Part shown: positions 32,828 through 33,555 of the stretch, one piece after another
How positions within the stretch are numbered: the first letter of the stretch is position 1
How the letters are laid out: every line of letters begins with the position of its first letter
Assembly: GCA_017615495.1 (NCBI GenBank)
Contig: JAGAAA010000058.1
Location: forward strand, 1 to 33,555
Direction of reading: 5' to 3'
Source: Clostridia bacterium
GTDB lineage: Bacteria > Bacillota > Clostridia > Christensenellales > CAG-1252
DNA length: 33,555 nucleotides
The notes under the pieces: generated by a model
What the model saw: only the letters and a program-made list of their open reading frames with translations
Told to the model about the DNA's origin: nothing
Database searches by the model: none
Made by a program: the position numbers and the translations under genes

Positions 32828-32856
32828 ATTATATATTTTATAATAGTGCAAGTCAA
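32828..32856 (-). promoter_or_regulatory. Consensus sigma-A promoter for secDF
   Basis: The minus strand reads TTGACT (32851-32856) - 17 nt - TATAAT (32828-32833). The -35 box contains the TGA stop of the upstream radical SAM gene. Confidence 0.55.
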
Positions 32857-33555
32857 CATTTTTCGCCGTATTTTTTCTCCGCGGCGTAAATCCCCAACGA
32901 ACATTCGAGACGTTTTTTCATCATCTCACACCCGGCTCCGTATGGGGTAAAAAGATCCTTTTCGTAGTAATGCGACGCCGCTACGCAACCGCCGCTACAA
33001 TAGTACTTTGCGAAGCAATTTTCGCATTTAGCCTTATTATTGACCGTGATCTCGGCAAATTTACTCGGAACGGCAGGATCGAACGTGCCGTCCAAAACGT
33101 TGCCGATGCGGTAATCCGTCTCACCGACGAATTGATGACAAGGATAGATGTCACCCACGGGCGAAATGGCAAGATAGCCGCACCCTGCTGAACAGCCGGA
33201 AAGCCTTTTCATAATGCAGGGGCCTTCGGTAAGGTCTATCATAAAGTGGAAAAAGTTGAACCACTTGCCGTTCAAGCGGCGGTCGATATACGCCTCGGCG
33301 AGCTTATCGTACTCACGGAGCACTTCCCCGACTTTGTCGGCGGTGATCGCCATCGGATTTTCAGGCGGAAGAACGACCGGCTCGACGGAAATTTGATCGA
33401 AACCCGCGTCCGCAAGAGCGAGAACGTCCTTGGAAAAATCAAGATTGTACGCGGTAAAGGTGCCGCGGATATAGTAGCGCTTATCACCGCGCACCGCACG
33501 GAACTTCTTTGCCGCTTCCAAAATGTGATCGTAAGCATCCACGCCGTTTTTTGTC
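32853..33555 (-). CDS. scfB: Radical SAM/SPASM-domain peptide maturase, C-terminal part (SCIFF maturase ScfB-like); the 5' end lies outside the window
   Basis: The frame stays open to the right window edge. SPASM cysteine clusters are CIMKRLSGCSAGCGYLAISPVGDIYPCHQF and CENCFAKYYCSGGCVAASH...GAGCEMMKK. Its position just upstream of secDF is as I recall for clostridial scfA-scfB. Confidence 0.65.
   Translation of the reverse strand, partial: TKNGVDAYDHILEAAKKFRAVRGDKRYYIRGTFTAYNLDFSKDVLALADAGFDQISVEPVVLPPENPMAITADKVGEVLREYDKLAEAYIDRRLNGKWFNFFHFMIDLTEGPCIMKRLSGCSAGCGYLAISPVGDIYPCHQFVGETDYRIGNVLDGTFDPAVPSKFAEITVNNKAKCENCFAKYYCSGGCVAASHYYEKDLFTPYGAGCEMMKKRLECSLGIYAAEKKYGEKC

Overview
This is a gene-dense (about 95% coding by my calls), almost entirely housekeeping chromosomal segment. 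It looks like a Clostridia-type Firmicute, based on RNase Y, the Obg-YhbY-NadD-YqeK-RsfS cluster, HemZ and a SCIFF-type radical SAM/SPASM maturase. I call 31 CDS, 27 of them on the minus strand. Many are translationally coupled by 1-11 nt overlaps, and two are cut by the window edges. There is one tRNA-Trp(CCA). I found no transposase, integrase, CRISPR array, toxin or recognisable defence genes.

Gene order is a condensed version of classic Bacillus/Clostridium synteny: rpsO-pnp-(deacetylase)-M16 peptidase-ftsK-rimO-pgsA-cinA-recA-rny, and secD-secF-recJ-...-hemZ.

Observations worth a second look:
1. A structured ~100-130 nt element with a 24/27-identical core and compensatory closing stems sits directly after the stop codons of both rny and pnp, the two main mRNA-decay enzymes.
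2. A 167-bp-period duplication copies the last 18 nt of tRNA-Trp plus its terminator. It lies in the largest non-coding stretch of the window.
3. There is an in-frame ProC-RNase HI fusion ORF.
4. There is a NadD-YqeK fusion.
5. Opposite-strand genes are wedged into conserved operons, with stop codons abutting as TGATCA and no terminator (two cases).
6. There are two candidate leaderless mRNAs.

The many very long antisense ORFs in the ORF track are in-phase shadow ORFs and are rejected. All functional calls rest on motif and family recognition by eye. No database search was run.
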